Assembly (NCBI GenBank): GCA_024654485.1
Contig: JANLHO010000057.1
Location: forward strand, 1-38,422
DNA length: 38,422 nucleotides
Direction of reading: 5' to 3'
Source: Patescibacteria group bacterium
GTDB lineage: Bacteria; Patescibacteriota; Minisyncoccia; Phycocordibacterales; UBA2100
Made by a program: the position numbers and the translations under genes. A model generated the notes under the pieces. That model was given only the letters and a program-made list of their open reading frames with translations. It was not told the DNA's origin and ran no database searches. The stretch's first letter is position 1. The number at the start of each line of letters is the position of its first letter. Of the stretch, positions 29,889 through 38,422 are shown piece after piece.

Positions 29889-31511
29889 TCAAGCGGCTTT
29901 GCTTTTGGCTCCATCCCCAAATTCTTCCAAAACATCCTCACTCCTGCCAAGCGCGAGCATGTATGCGGAAATCTGTGCAAAATCCCGCAACTTCGCACGT
30001 TTTTCTTCGCGCCTCTCCATAAAGTTACTTGATCCCTCCTTATCCCGTCTACCGGTGACGGTCAGTATCACGGGCTCTCCCTGATATCCCCCTGTAGCTG
30101 ACGCTGAGCGGGTCTCAAATGCACACAGACCGCGATCCATAAGTAGCTTTACTACGGCGCGCTCGTGGGGCCTCAAGAGCTCGTCGGCCTCGCTTGGGCC
30201 AACCCCCTTTTCGCCATTACGCTCGGCAAGAACATCAGCCACCCCTCGCATCTGCTCATCTGTGAAGTTGGAGAGAAATTCATTCGCGAGTCCCATATAC
30301 GTCGTGTCTTGCAGAGTGCCGGGGTTTTCCCACGCGTTTATCTTCTGCTTTAGGTAATACGGGTCCAGCCCTCTCTGCATTGCTACGATGATATCCATCA
30401 TTATTGAAACATGGTCCCTGTTTTCATAGACGACGTACGTCGGTGATTTTCCGGCCGCGTCCGCTGCTTTTATCAGGTCGTTCGTTCCCCCCTCCATGTC
30501 TATAGGAACAAAACCATCGTTCACACCTGCATAAACCTTATGCTTGTCGCCGACCGGAAGGTACTCAAGGTTATTTATTTGCGTGAACTCTGCTATCAAT
30601 TTGTGGTACTCATATTTTGTCATTCCCGTGCGCTCCAAGTATTGCGCCAGATACTCCACCACCCATGTGGAGAACATGCCATACGCTATGCTAATGCCGG
30701 GAGACACGGCAATGAACTCATCCACCGGCCGCCCCCGCTCTTTCCCTATCTGGTTGGCCGTGTAGTAGCCCAGGTGAGTCCCCGCGGAATAGGAGAAGAT
30801 TTTTATCTTTTTGTTGGGATATTGCGCGATGATGTGGTCAACCGCCTCTTTGACGGCCAGTGTAGCGCGAATGCATTGCTCGGGAGTGTAGCCCGCTATT
30901 CCCGCAGGCCCGTTGAACACGAACGCCGTACCTTCTTTGGGTAAGGAGTCAAGTACTCCCGGGACCCCCAAGAACCTTGCTGCCGCGTCTTTCGCTCTTT
31001 CTGCGATCGTCGTTGTCCCCAGTATTTTCTTCATGTCACTTTCCTGATAGGCGCTTCCGAGTCCGGGAAAGCATATCCATATCACATCATCATCCGAATG
31101 CTCTATCTTGCTGATAGTGAAGGACTCGTATTTTATCGGGTCATTATGGCCTTCTATAATAGTTTGTCGCGTGTCTGGCGCGAACATTCGCTCAAACATG
31201 CCTGCGTGCTTCTCCCTCTCCCTGCGCTCCATGTAATCTGCCTCAAATTGGCCCATGGGGATAGCGGAGAGATCCCTTTCATTTACGGAGTTGCGAGGGT
31301 ATTTTCGTGCTCCGAAAGAAGCCCAAGCGGAAGTACGCTCTTCGGGCTTCGTAGAGACGAATTTCCTACCCTCGCCCTCCTCCATCTTTTCACCAAGATA
31401 AGGCGCAGGGATTTCCAAGCCGCTCTTGCGGTGGGTACTCCCCCCTCCTTCCAGTCTCATATAAGGAAAGAATATCACCGAATCCGGCCAGAAAAAACAC
31501 GGTGCGCGCAT
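29889..31511 (-). CDS. Hypothetical alpha/beta-hydrolase-like protein with uncharacterised C-terminal domain (start uncertain)
   Basis: Long ORF with a nucleophile-elbow-like FSYSAGTHLG. Candidate ATGs at 31511, 31460 and 31385. Confidence 0.55.
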   Translation of the reverse strand: MRAPCFFWPDSVIFFPYMRLEGGGSTHRKSGLEIPAPYLGEKMEEGEGRKFVSTKPEERTSAWASFGARKYPRNSVNERDLSAIPMGQFEADYMERREREKHAGMFERMFAPDTRQTIIEGHNDPIKYESFTISKIEHSDDDVIWICFPGLGSAYQESDMKKILGTTTIAERAKDAAARFLGVPGVLDSLPKEGTAFVFNGPAGIAGYTPEQCIRATLAVKEAVDHIIAQYPNKKIKIFSYSAGTHLGYYTANQIGKERGRPVDEFIAVSPGISIAYGMFSTWVVEYLAQYLERTGMTKYEYHKLIAEFTQINNLEYLPVGDKHKVYAGVNDGFVPIDMEGGTNDLIKAADAAGKSPTYVVYENRDHVSIMMDIIVAMQRGLDPYYLKQKINAWENPGTLQDTTYMGLANEFLSNFTDEQMRGVADVLAERNGEKGVGPSEADELLRPHERAVVKLLMDRGLCAFETRSASATGGYQGEPVILTVTGRRDKEGSSNFMERREEKRAKLRDFAQISAYMLALGRSEDVLEEFGDGAKSKAA

Positions 31512-31561
31512 GCGCCCAAGCCGAGATTTCGCTTAGGATCATGAGCACTAAATGACGTCAC

Positions 31562-31924
31562 TTACCATTGAGAGATCCCTGCGACAATAGGAAGCAGTGA
31601 TAAAAATACCAAAAAAATTGTAGAAGCGTTCGGTGGAATGTCTAAACCAAACCACCGTAGCGCATAGTGGTCTATGCATCCTTTGCTGTAAGTAGGTTGG
31701 CGCTCAGTTTGTCTATATTGATTTTCCCACACGGTGAAAGGGCATCCCCCGTATGTACGCCACGACCACTGTATTACCACCGCGAGCACCAATGCTCCAA
31801 TCGCCACGAATCTTCCGGAGACGGGAGGGTTGCCCCACAACAGCGAGAACGAAACGGCGGGTGATCCGACAACAAATGTTGTAAATAAAAAAGTATGAGT
31901 AAACAAAACAATCTTGGAACGCAT
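31562..31924 (-). CDS. Small membrane protein (DUF2784-like?)
   Basis: 120 aa, 3-4 hydrophobic segments, GGCPFTVWEN motif. Confidence 0.5.
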   Translation of the reverse strand: MRSKIVLFTHTFLFTTFVVGSPAVSFSLLWGNPPVSGRFVAIGALVLAVVIQWSWRTYGGCPFTVWENQYRQTERQPTYSKGCIDHYALRWFGLDIPPNASTIFLVFLSLLPIVAGISQW

Positions 31925-31994
31925 ACGGCCGCTATACTTTTGTGAGAGCTATGGTCAAAACTATATCCTACATTCCCCGCGGCGTCTTGCGCGG

Positions 31995-32000
31995 TATGAT
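31995..32000 (+). promoter_or_regulatory. -10 box, leaderless-type spacing
   Basis: TATGAT, 6 nt before ATG 32007. Confidence 0.5.
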
Positions 32001-32006
32001 GTGGGC

Positions 32007-32720
32007 ATGGCGCGCGCGAAAAATACGGAGCCGGGGGAGAAGACGTGGGCTTGGCTCAAGGAGATATGGCGCTTGTTGACGAAATACGCATACGCGGCGC
32101 TATACCGGCATCCGCCTGCGTACTACCTCGGCCTCGCGCAAGACGGCAAGGCACCGCTGGTGCTTTTGCCCGGCCTGACAAATGGATGGTCCACCATGAA
32201 GTACCTCGCCGACAAGCTGGCGCGTCGCGGACACCCCGTCTACATCATCGGGGAGCTTGGCAGCAATATGCAGGCCGTTTCCTCGGCCTCCCACATTGCC
32301 CATTCCTTCATAGAGAGGCATGACCTCCGCGGGGTCATCCTCGTAGCGCATAGCAAAGGAGGCTTGGTGGGGAAGTATTATCTTATGCACGAGAATGCGA
32401 ATGAGCGCGTTCGCGGCATGGTAGCTATCGCCGCGCCCTTCGGCGGCTCGCGTCCGGCGAGAGCGCTCCCGCTTGAAGTGTTTAAGGAGCTTAGCCAAGA
32501 CAGTCCGCTTTTGCGTGAGCTTGCGGAGAGTGTCCAGGTCAACTCCCGCATAGTTTCCATATATCCGGCATACGACACCCACGCGCTCATTCCGGATGGC
32601 AGCCGCCTTGAAGGCGCGCTTGGAAATGTGGAGATACAGACAGGCGGACACAACGCGCTGCTCTTTGACGGCCGCGTCGTCCGCGAGACAATCCATGCGA
32701 TAGAGAAGCTCTCGGCATAG
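32007..32720 (+). CDS. Alpha/beta hydrolase, lipase/esterase-like
   Basis: LVAHSKGG nucleophile elbow and PLVLLPGL. ATG 32007 is preferred over the ORF opening at 31914. Confidence 0.7.
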   Translation: MARAKNTEPGEKTWAWLKEIWRLLTKYAYAALYRHPPAYYLGLAQDGKAPLVLLPGLTNGWSTMKYLADKLARRGHPVYIIGELGSNMQAVSSASHIAHSFIERHDLRGVILVAHSKGGLVGKYYLMHENANERVRGMVAIAAPFGGSRPARALPLEVFKELSQDSPLLRELAESVQVNSRIVSIYPAYDTHALIPDGSRLEGALGNVEIQTGGHNALLFDGRVVRETIHAIEKLSA

Positions 32721-32784
32721 CGCTCTCTCTCACGGCCGGCGTTTATCAGACGTCTTTTTCTCTTTGAATCAATGCGCGATTATG

Positions 32785-32790
32785 TATAAT
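32785..32790 (+). promoter_or_regulatory. -10 box upstream of ftsH
   Basis: TATAAT, 10 nt before ATG 32801. It overlaps the alternative ATG 32789. Confidence 0.45.
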
Positions 32791-32800
32791 GCGCGTCTAT

Positions 32801-34738
32801 ATGGCAGCTCCTCTTCCACCGCAGAAAAAGCAGCAGTCCAAGGGAGGCGCCGGTACTCCCGCGCCGAAAGGCCCCTCGCTATGGGCGCAAATGGCGGCGG
32901 CGCTCGCCATCTTCCTCATGCTATCCTTTGGCTACTCGCTCGTTCGTCAGTACATCACCGACGAGATAGAGGAAGTCCCCATTTCGCAGATAGCGTCCGA
33001 CATAGACGCGGGCAAGATATCCTCCATATCCGTCGCGGGCAACAAGATCACGGCCACATACACCGATGAGAGCGAGAAGACATCGCGCAAGGAAACCGAA
33101 AGTTCGCTCACGCAGACCCTCTCGGATTACGGTCTTGCACCGGAGCGACTGGCCGGCGTAAACATAACCATCCAAGACGAAGGCGGACTGCGCTTCTGGG
33201 CGCTCACACTTTTGCCGATAATCGTCCCCATACTCTTTCTGTTCGGCATTATCTGGTATCTCTCGCGCCAGATGCGCGGCGCGGGCATGCAGGCCTTCAC
33301 CTTCGGACGCTCAATGGCTCGGCTCACTTCGCCGGAAGATCAGGGGCAAAAGGTGACCTTCAAGGACGTGGCGGGAGCAAAAGAGGCCAAGGACGAGCTC
33401 ACGGAGATAGTTGATTTCCTCAAGAATCCAAAGAAATTCATACAGATAGGGGCGCGCATACCCAAAGGGGTACTCCTAATGGGCGCGCCGGGGACGGGCA
33501 AGACACTGCTCGCACGCGCCGTCGCGGGCGAGGCGGGCGTGCCTTTCTTCTCCATCTCCGGCTCGGAATTCGTGGAGATGTTCGTGGGCGTCGGCGCATC
33601 CCGCGTGCGCGACCTTTTTGCGACGGCGAAGAAGGCCGCGCCCGCCATCATATTCCTTGATGAGATAGACGCCGTCGGGCGCGTGCGCGGCACGGGCGTC
33701 GGCGGCGGCAATGACGAGCGCGAGCAGACTCTCAATCAGATACTCGTGGAGATGGACGGATTTGAACCCAACGAGAAGGTCATAGTCATGGCGGCGACAA
33801 ACCGCCCCGACGTCCTTGACCCCGCGCTCGTCCGCCCCGGCAGATTTGACCGCCGCGTCGTCATAGACCTGCCCGACAGGAAGGACAGGGAAGAGATACT
33901 CGCGATACACGCGCGCCAGAAGCCGCTCGGTGCCGATGTGAAGCTCTCCGTCATCGCGGAGCGCACGCCGGGCTTCTCCGGCGCGGATCTCGCCAATCTC
34001 ATGAACGAAGGCGCAATACTCGCCGCGCGGGAGAACAGAAAAGAGCTGGCGCAATTTGACCTAATCCGCTCAATAGAGAAGGTGATGCTCGGCCCCGAGC
34101 GCAGGAGCCACATCCTCAACAGAAAAGAGAAGGAGATAACCGCCTACCACGAGGGCGGGCACGCGCTAGTCGCCTCCATCCTGCCGTATGCCGACCCCGT
34201 GCACAAGATATCCATAATCAGCCGCGGCCGCGCCGCCGGATACACGCTCAAGCTGCCTTTTGAGGATAAGAAGATGCAATCGCGCAAGGAATTTCTGGAC
34301 GACATCGCCGTTTCCTTGGGTGGCTACGCGGCGGAGAAAATGGTATTCGGCGACATCACGACCGGCGCGTCCAACGACCTGCAGGTTTTGACCGCGCTCG
34401 CGCGCAACATGGTCACGCGCTACGGCATGTCCGACAAGATGGGCCCGCTCGCTTTTGACAGCGCTCAGGGCAAAGCGCTCTTCGGGCAGGGCGTGGAGGG
34501 GGGCGAGCAGTCGCAGGAGGTCGCGGCGCAGATAGACGCGGAGGTGAAGAAAATAGTGGAAGGTGCGCGCAAAAAGGCGGAAAGCATACTGAATAAAAAC
34601 CGCAAGGCGCTGGACGCCATCGCGGCCAAGCTCATGGAGGTGGAAACTCTGGAACGCGACGATTTTGAAAAGCTCCTCATCGCGCACGGGATAACTCCTA
34701 AGAAAAAACAAGACATTGAGCATCAACCTATAGCCTGA
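32801..34738 (+). CDS. ftsH: ATP-dependent zinc metalloprotease FtsH
   Basis: [18 protein letters not shown] Walker A, an AAA+ body, and the HEGGHAL zinc site. An alternative start is 32789. Confidence 0.95.
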   Translation: MAAPLPPQKKQQSKGGAGTPAPKGPSLWAQMAAALAIFLMLSFGYSLVRQYITDEIEEVPISQIASDIDAGKISSISVAGNKITATYTDESEKTSRKETESSLTQTLSDYGLAPERLAGVNITIQDEGGLRFWALTLLPIIVPILFLFGIIWYLSRQMRGAGMQAFTFGRSMARLTSPEDQGQKVTFKDVAGAKEAKDELTEIVDFLKNPKKFIQIGARIPKGVLLMGAPGTGKTLLARAVAGEAGVPFFSISGSEFVEMFVGVGASRVRDLFATAKKAAPAIIFLDEIDAVGRVRGTGVGGGNDEREQTLNQILVEMDGFEPNEKVIVMAATNRPDVLDPALVRPGRFDRRVVIDLPDRKDREEILAIHARQKPLGADVKLSVIAERTPGFSGADLANLMNEGAILAARENRKELAQFDLIRSIEKVMLGPERRSHILNRKEKEITAYHEGGHALVASILPYADPVHKISIISRGRAAGYTLKLPFEDKKMQSRKEFLDDIAVSLGGYAAEKMVFGDITTGASNDLQVLTALARNMVTRYGMSDKMGPLAFDSAQGKALFGQGVEGGEQSQEVAAQIDAEVKKIVEGARKKAESILNKNRKALDAIAAKLMEVETLERDDFEKLLIAHGITPKKKQDIEHQPIA

Positions 34739-34850
34739 CGAAGCCCCGACGCTTTGGTCGGGGTCCCGCCCGCTACGCGCGTCGGGAAAGAAGGAGGACA
34801 TAGAGCACGCTCCTTTGGCATAGTTGCGCCTTGGTCGCGCGGAGCAGAAG

Positions 34851-34962
34851 ACGGCCGGCGGGATAGTATTTCTCCGGGTACGGATTTTTCCAGCAGGAAA
34901 AATCCTCGGGCTTCGCGCCGCCGCGCTGCAGAGCCCTTCCAAAATACTATCCCGCCGGCCGT
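34851..34962. repeat. Long hairpin with 21-bp perfect stem (ftsH/pyrC convergent spacer)
   Basis: ACGGCCGGCGGGATAGTATTT (34851-34871) pairs with AAATACTATCCCGCCGGCCGT (34942-34962). The inner hairpin is GGATTTTTCC-AGCA-GGAAAAATCC. Confidence 0.75.
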
Positions 34963-34966
34963 ACTC

Positions 34967-36055
34967 TTACGGCCGTAGCCGCCAACGCATTGTCTCGTTG
35001 CCGAGCCCGTGCCGGGCGCTGGCCACGGGCCATATGTTCACTCCTTCGTCGGTGACTACCGCTTCCGTGACCTGCCAGTCTTTCTTCTCCAGCGTTATTT
35101 TGTTTTCATCAGGTTCCAGTCCGAAAAATCGCGGGCCGTTCGCCGAGAGAAAATCTTCAAGCTTGTCCAATGCGCCTATCTCATCAAAAACCTGCGCGTA
35201 CATCTCCACCGCGACGGGGGAATTGAAAACGCCGAAGGCGCAGCACGATGAGAATTTCTTATTCTCCGGATGCGGCGCGGAGTCGGTGCCGGCGGAAACG
35301 AAAGGCAGACCTTTTTTTATCATCTCGCGCAATCTTTCGCGGTCCTCGCGTCGCTTCACCAGAGGTTTGCAGTGCAGGAGGGCGCGGTAGCCGCCGGAGA
35401 ATGCTTGAGTGCGGTCGTACATAAGATGATGGGGGGTCACTGTAGCGACGAGCTTGCCTTCCTTGCCGTTTTTTTCCATGAAATCTATCGCCTCGGTGGT
35501 ACTCATGTGCTCCAGCGATACTTTCAGCTCGGAGTATGTGTCCAAGAGGCGGGGCAGGGTGTCGGCGATGAAAAGCTTCTCGCCGTCATACGGGTCTTCT
35601 TCCTCGTCTTGGTCGTTTAGGTGTACTTCGCCGTGCAAGAGGAGCGGCATCCCGAGGCGCTCCATCTCTTTCAGTACATCTTTCGCCTCCAGAATGTTGC
35701 GGTAACCCCATTGCGAGTTGGTGGTGGCGCCGAAGGGATATGATTTGACGCCGTATATCCGCACGCCCTCCGCTCCGACAGCCCCGCGCTCTATCTCCGC
35801 AGGCGTCAGATTCTTCGTGAGATAAAAGGTCATGAGGGGGTCAAATCCGCCGGCACTTTCCGGAACGGCCTCTCGTATTTCTCCATAGTATTCAATTGCG
35901 GTACCAAGCGTATCAATAGGCGGCTCGGTATTGGGCATGATGATGGCGTGGCCGAATCGCTCGGCGGAGTAGGGCGTCACGGCGCGCAATACGGAGCCGC
36001 GCCGCAGATGCAAATGCGAATCAAACGGCTTGCGGATGGTAATTGAGTCGGTCAT
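34967..36055 (-). CDS. pyrC: Dihydroorotase
   Basis: ATG 36055 gives MTDSITIRKPFDSHLHLRRG (HxH metal motif). The longer ORF to 36232 crosses the palindromes. Confidence 0.9.
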   Translation of the reverse strand: MTDSITIRKPFDSHLHLRRGSVLRAVTPYSAERFGHAIIMPNTEPPIDTLGTAIEYYGEIREAVPESAGGFDPLMTFYLTKNLTPAEIERGAVGAEGVRIYGVKSYPFGATTNSQWGYRNILEAKDVLKEMERLGMPLLLHGEVHLNDQDEEEDPYDGEKLFIADTLPRLLDTYSELKVSLEHMSTTEAIDFMEKNGKEGKLVATVTPHHLMYDRTQAFSGGYRALLHCKPLVKRREDRERLREMIKKGLPFVSAGTDSAPHPENKKFSSCCAFGVFNSPVAVEMYAQVFDEIGALDKLEDFLSANGPRFFGLEPDENKITLEKKDWQVTEAVVTDEGVNIWPVASARHGLGNETMRWRLRP

Positions 36056-36062
36056 TGCGGCC

Positions 36063-36068
36063 AGTATA
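36063..36068 (-). promoter_or_regulatory. -10 box, leaderless-type spacing
   Basis: TATACT on the minus strand, 7 nt before ATG 36055. Confidence 0.5.
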
Positions 36069-36114
36069 TCACCCGACCCAATGCTCGGACTAATTAGGGC
36101 GCGATAAGGCATAC

Positions 36115-36158
36115 GCCACTTGTTTATAATCCGCGGGCGCGGATTATAAACAAGTGGC
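36115..36158. promoter_or_regulatory. 44-bp palindrome carrying TATAAT on both strands (pyrC/pyrB divergent region)
   Basis: GCCACTTGTTTATAATCCGCG-GG-CGCGGATTATAAACAAGTGGC. Confidence 0.6.
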
Positions 36159-36215
36159 CGTTCTTCTGTCTCGGCTGTTCTAAAACACATGCCTTTGCGC
36201 GGCTTGCGCGCGGGA

Positions 36216-36261
36216 GTATACCCCCACACCAACTTTGTACAAAGTTGGTGTGGGGGTATAC
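36216..36261. repeat. Perfect 46-bp palindrome, family P copy 3
   Basis: GTATACCCCCACACCAACTTTGT followed by its reverse complement. About 19 of 24 arm positions match copy 1. Confidence 0.85.
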
Positions 36262-36262
36262 T
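36257..36262 (+). promoter_or_regulatory. -10 box at palindrome edge, near-leaderless spacing
   Basis: TATACT, 8 nt before ATG 36271. Confidence 0.5.
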
Positions 36263-36270
36263 TTCTCCCG

Positions 36271-37176
36271 ATGCAACACCTCATAGAGACGCAGCAATTC
36301 ACGCGGGAGTCCCTGAAGGAGCTCTTCAAGCTGGCGTCGTCCCTTGAGGGCAGGCGCGAGGAATCGCTCAAGGGCCTGATCATGGCCTCTCTTTTTTTCG
36401 CACCCTCTACTCGCACACGATTGTCGTTTGAGTCGGCCATGTACCGTCTAGGCGGCCATGTCATAACCGTTGACGGCGACGGGTCGTCGTCGCAGTCAAA
36501 GGGCGAGACCCTGGAGGATGCAATAAAGGTCATCAACCATTACGCCGATATTATAGTTATGCGCCATGGCGAAGTAGGCGCGGCCACTCGCGCGGCCGAA
36601 GTATCCGGCGTCCCCGTCATCAACGCGGGAGACGGCAACATGGGCCAGCATCCTACTCAGGCGCTCCTTGATCTATATACCATCCAGCGCGAACTGAAGC
36701 GCGAGGATGACATCCACATCGCTTTTGTCGGAAATCTCAAGTACTACCGTTCGGCGCGTTCGCTCGCGTACCTCTTGAGCAAATACAATGATATACGCAT
36801 AACGTTCATCTCCTCTCCGGAGCTTGTCATGGGCGACGACGTCAAGACGCACCTCAAAGAGAACAATATACCGTTCACCGAAACGGAGAATATGGCCGAA
36901 GGCATCAAGGACGCCGACGTCGTATATCAGACCCGCATCGCCAAGGAGTGGATACCCGACAAAAATGAGTACGAAAAACAGCGCGGTCGCTACATAATCA
37001 CGCGCGCCGTGGCCGACGCCATGAAAGATGATGCCATCATCATTCATCCCTTGCCGCGCGTAGGAGAGATAGAAGCCGAAGTGGACGCCTCACCTCACGC
37101 GGTATATTTCAGGCAAGTCGGCTACGGCCTCATCGTCCGGATGGCGCTTCTTAAGACGATACTCGGCGGGAAATAA
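36271..37176 (+). CDS. pyrB: Aspartate carbamoyltransferase catalytic subunit
   Basis: STRTR, HPTQ and HPLPR motifs. ATG 36271 (MQHLIETQQF) is preferred. Confidence 0.93.
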   Translation: MQHLIETQQFTRESLKELFKLASSLEGRREESLKGLIMASLFFAPSTRTRLSFESAMYRLGGHVITVDGDGSSSQSKGETLEDAIKVINHYADIIVMRHGEVGAATRAAEVSGVPVINAGDGNMGQHPTQALLDLYTIQRELKREDDIHIAFVGNLKYYRSARSLAYLLSKYNDIRITFISSPELVMGDDVKTHLKENNIPFTETENMAEGIKDADVVYQTRIAKEWIPDKNEYEKQRGRYIITRAVADAMKDDAIIIHPLPRVGEIEAEVDASPHAVYFRQVGYGLIVRMALLKTILGGK

Positions 37177-37204
37177 GCCAGTTCGCGCACGACGCGATAA
37201 ATGA

Positions 37205-37210
37205 TATTGT
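37205..37210 (+). promoter_or_regulatory. -10 box, leaderless-type spacing
   Basis: TATTGT, 6 nt before ATG 37217. Confidence 0.4.
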
Positions 37211-37216
37211 GTCGGG

Positions 37217-38419
37217 ATGAAGAAAGCGAACGTTTCCAAATCCACCCGAGGCGTATCGGCCTTGGGCCGAAAGGCTCTTGCGCTGCATAAAAAGCTCGGC
37301 GGGAAGATACGGGTTGTTCCGGCCGCTGTGGTGAAAAACCGCGCCGACCTCGCTCTCGTATACACGCCGGGGGTAGCCGCCGTCTCTTCGCATGTCGCAA
37401 AAAATCCGCAAGAGGCGCGTGAATACACGATAAAAGGCCGCACGATAGCTGTCGTCTCCGACGGCTCGGCTGTCTTGGGCCTAGGCAACATAGGCGCACT
37501 CGGGGCGCTTCCCGTCATGGAAGGGAAGTGCGCTCTTTTCAAAACCTTCGCCGACGTGGATGCATTCCCAATCGTCTTGGACACGCAGGAGCCGGAGGAG
37601 ATAATAGAGACGGTCATTCGCATCGCGCCCGCATTTGGCGGTATCAATCTGGAAGACATCGCGGCGCCGAAGTGTTTTGAGATAGAGAATCGTCTGATTG
37701 ACGAGCTCAACATACCCGTCGTGCACGACGACCAGCACGGCACGGCCATAGTCGTCCTCGCCGCACTCCTGAACGCGCTCAAGGTGGTGGGCAAGAAGCT
37801 TACAAGTGCGCGCGTAGTTATATCCGGCGCCGGAGCTGCCGGCACGGCCATAGCGCGTATATTACACGTGGCGGGTTCTAAGAACATCCTGGTGCTTGAT
37901 AGCAAAGGTATCATCGCGGAAGGGCGTCCCGATCTCTCCAGACACAAAATAGAACTCGCGACATTTACCAATAGAGAGGGCGAGACAGGCGGACTGCGCG
38001 AAGCACTGCAAGGAGCCGACGCCCTTATCGGAGTATCCGGCCCGGGGCTTGCGCGGGCGGCCGACATCCGCCTGATGGCGAAGAAAGCCATCGTGCTCGC
38101 CATGGCCAATCCAGTGCCGGAGATAATGCCCGACGAGGCCAAGCGAGGCGGGGCGCTCGTCGTCGGCACGGGGCGCTCGGATTTCCCCAATCAGATAAAC
38201 AACTCGCTCGTTTTCCCCGGCCTTTTCCGCGGGGCGCTTGATAACAAGGTAACGAAGATAACGGATGAGATGAAGCTAAAGGCTGCCCGTGCGATAGCGC
38301 GCCTCGTTCCGCGTCCGACGCCCAACAAAATAATACCCGACATGTTTGACAAGCGCGTCGCCCCCGCCGTCGCTAAAGCTATGGCGGGCAAGAAAGCGGT
38401 CGCCAAAGTCATCAGTTGA
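37217..38419 (+). CDS. NAD(P)-dependent malic enzyme (short form)
   Basis: 400 aa with VYTPGVA, the dinucleotide loop ISGAGAAGTAIA, and ANPVPEI. Confidence 0.9.
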   Translation: MKKANVSKSTRGVSALGRKALALHKKLGGKIRVVPAAVVKNRADLALVYTPGVAAVSSHVAKNPQEAREYTIKGRTIAVVSDGSAVLGLGNIGALGALPVMEGKCALFKTFADVDAFPIVLDTQEPEEIIETVIRIAPAFGGINLEDIAAPKCFEIENRLIDELNIPVVHDDQHGTAIVVLAALLNALKVVGKKLTSARVVISGAGAAGTAIARILHVAGSKNILVLDSKGIIAEGRPDLSRHKIELATFTNREGETGGLREALQGADALIGVSGPGLARAADIRLMAKKAIVLAMANPVPEIMPDEAKRGGALVVGTGRSDFPNQINNSLVFPGLFRGALDNKVTKITDEMKLKAARAIARLVPRPTPNKIIPDMFDKRVAPAVAKAMAGKKAVAKVIS

Positions 38420-38422
38420 GTC

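Noticed and set aside
31551-31560. TGACGTCA palindrome (CRE-like) between the hydrolase gene start and the small membrane gene
   Set aside because: It is a single 8-bp palindrome, expected by chance at this scale, with no second copy or associated regulator.

Overview
The window looks like a high-GC bacterial chromosome segment, probably CPR/Patescibacteria. That placement is an inference from three things: no rpmD (L30) between rpsE and rplO, a short zinc-ribbon S14, and no Shine-Dalgarno motifs. It opens with an S10/spc-type ribosomal protein operon (rplW' through rplO, then secY). A mixed housekeeping stretch follows: gmk, adk, map, a LOG-family protein, purD, ndk, infC-rpmI-rplT, thrC, smpB plus tmRNA, ftsH, pyrC/pyrB and malic enzyme. 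Interleaved are less ordinary genes. These include a CysK-like PLP-fold protein that seems to lack the Schiff-base lysine, and a PaaX-like regulator flanked by two copies of a 36-37-bp dyad. There is also a 952-aa VirD4/HerA-like ATPase, a beta-CASP RNase interrupted by an in-frame TAG, and a secreted nuclease plus M15 peptidase pair. I found no CRISPR array, rRNA, tRNA, transposase, or defence or secretion gene cluster. The most unusual content is non-coding. (1) A modular hairpin element family fills intergenic spacers inside essential operons. One related hairpin has a 5-bp target duplication that splits an adk/map ATGA overlap. A separate insertion has a 12-nt duplication that creates a uORF on rpmI. 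(2) A second family of perfect 38-48-bp palindromes carries -10 boxes. (3) TANNNT hexamers sit 6-8 nt before the ATG of most unit-leading genes, which suggests leaderless mRNAs. (4) One candidate about 150-nt sRNA has its own promoter and terminator. All calls come from manual reading; no searches, folding or statistics were run.
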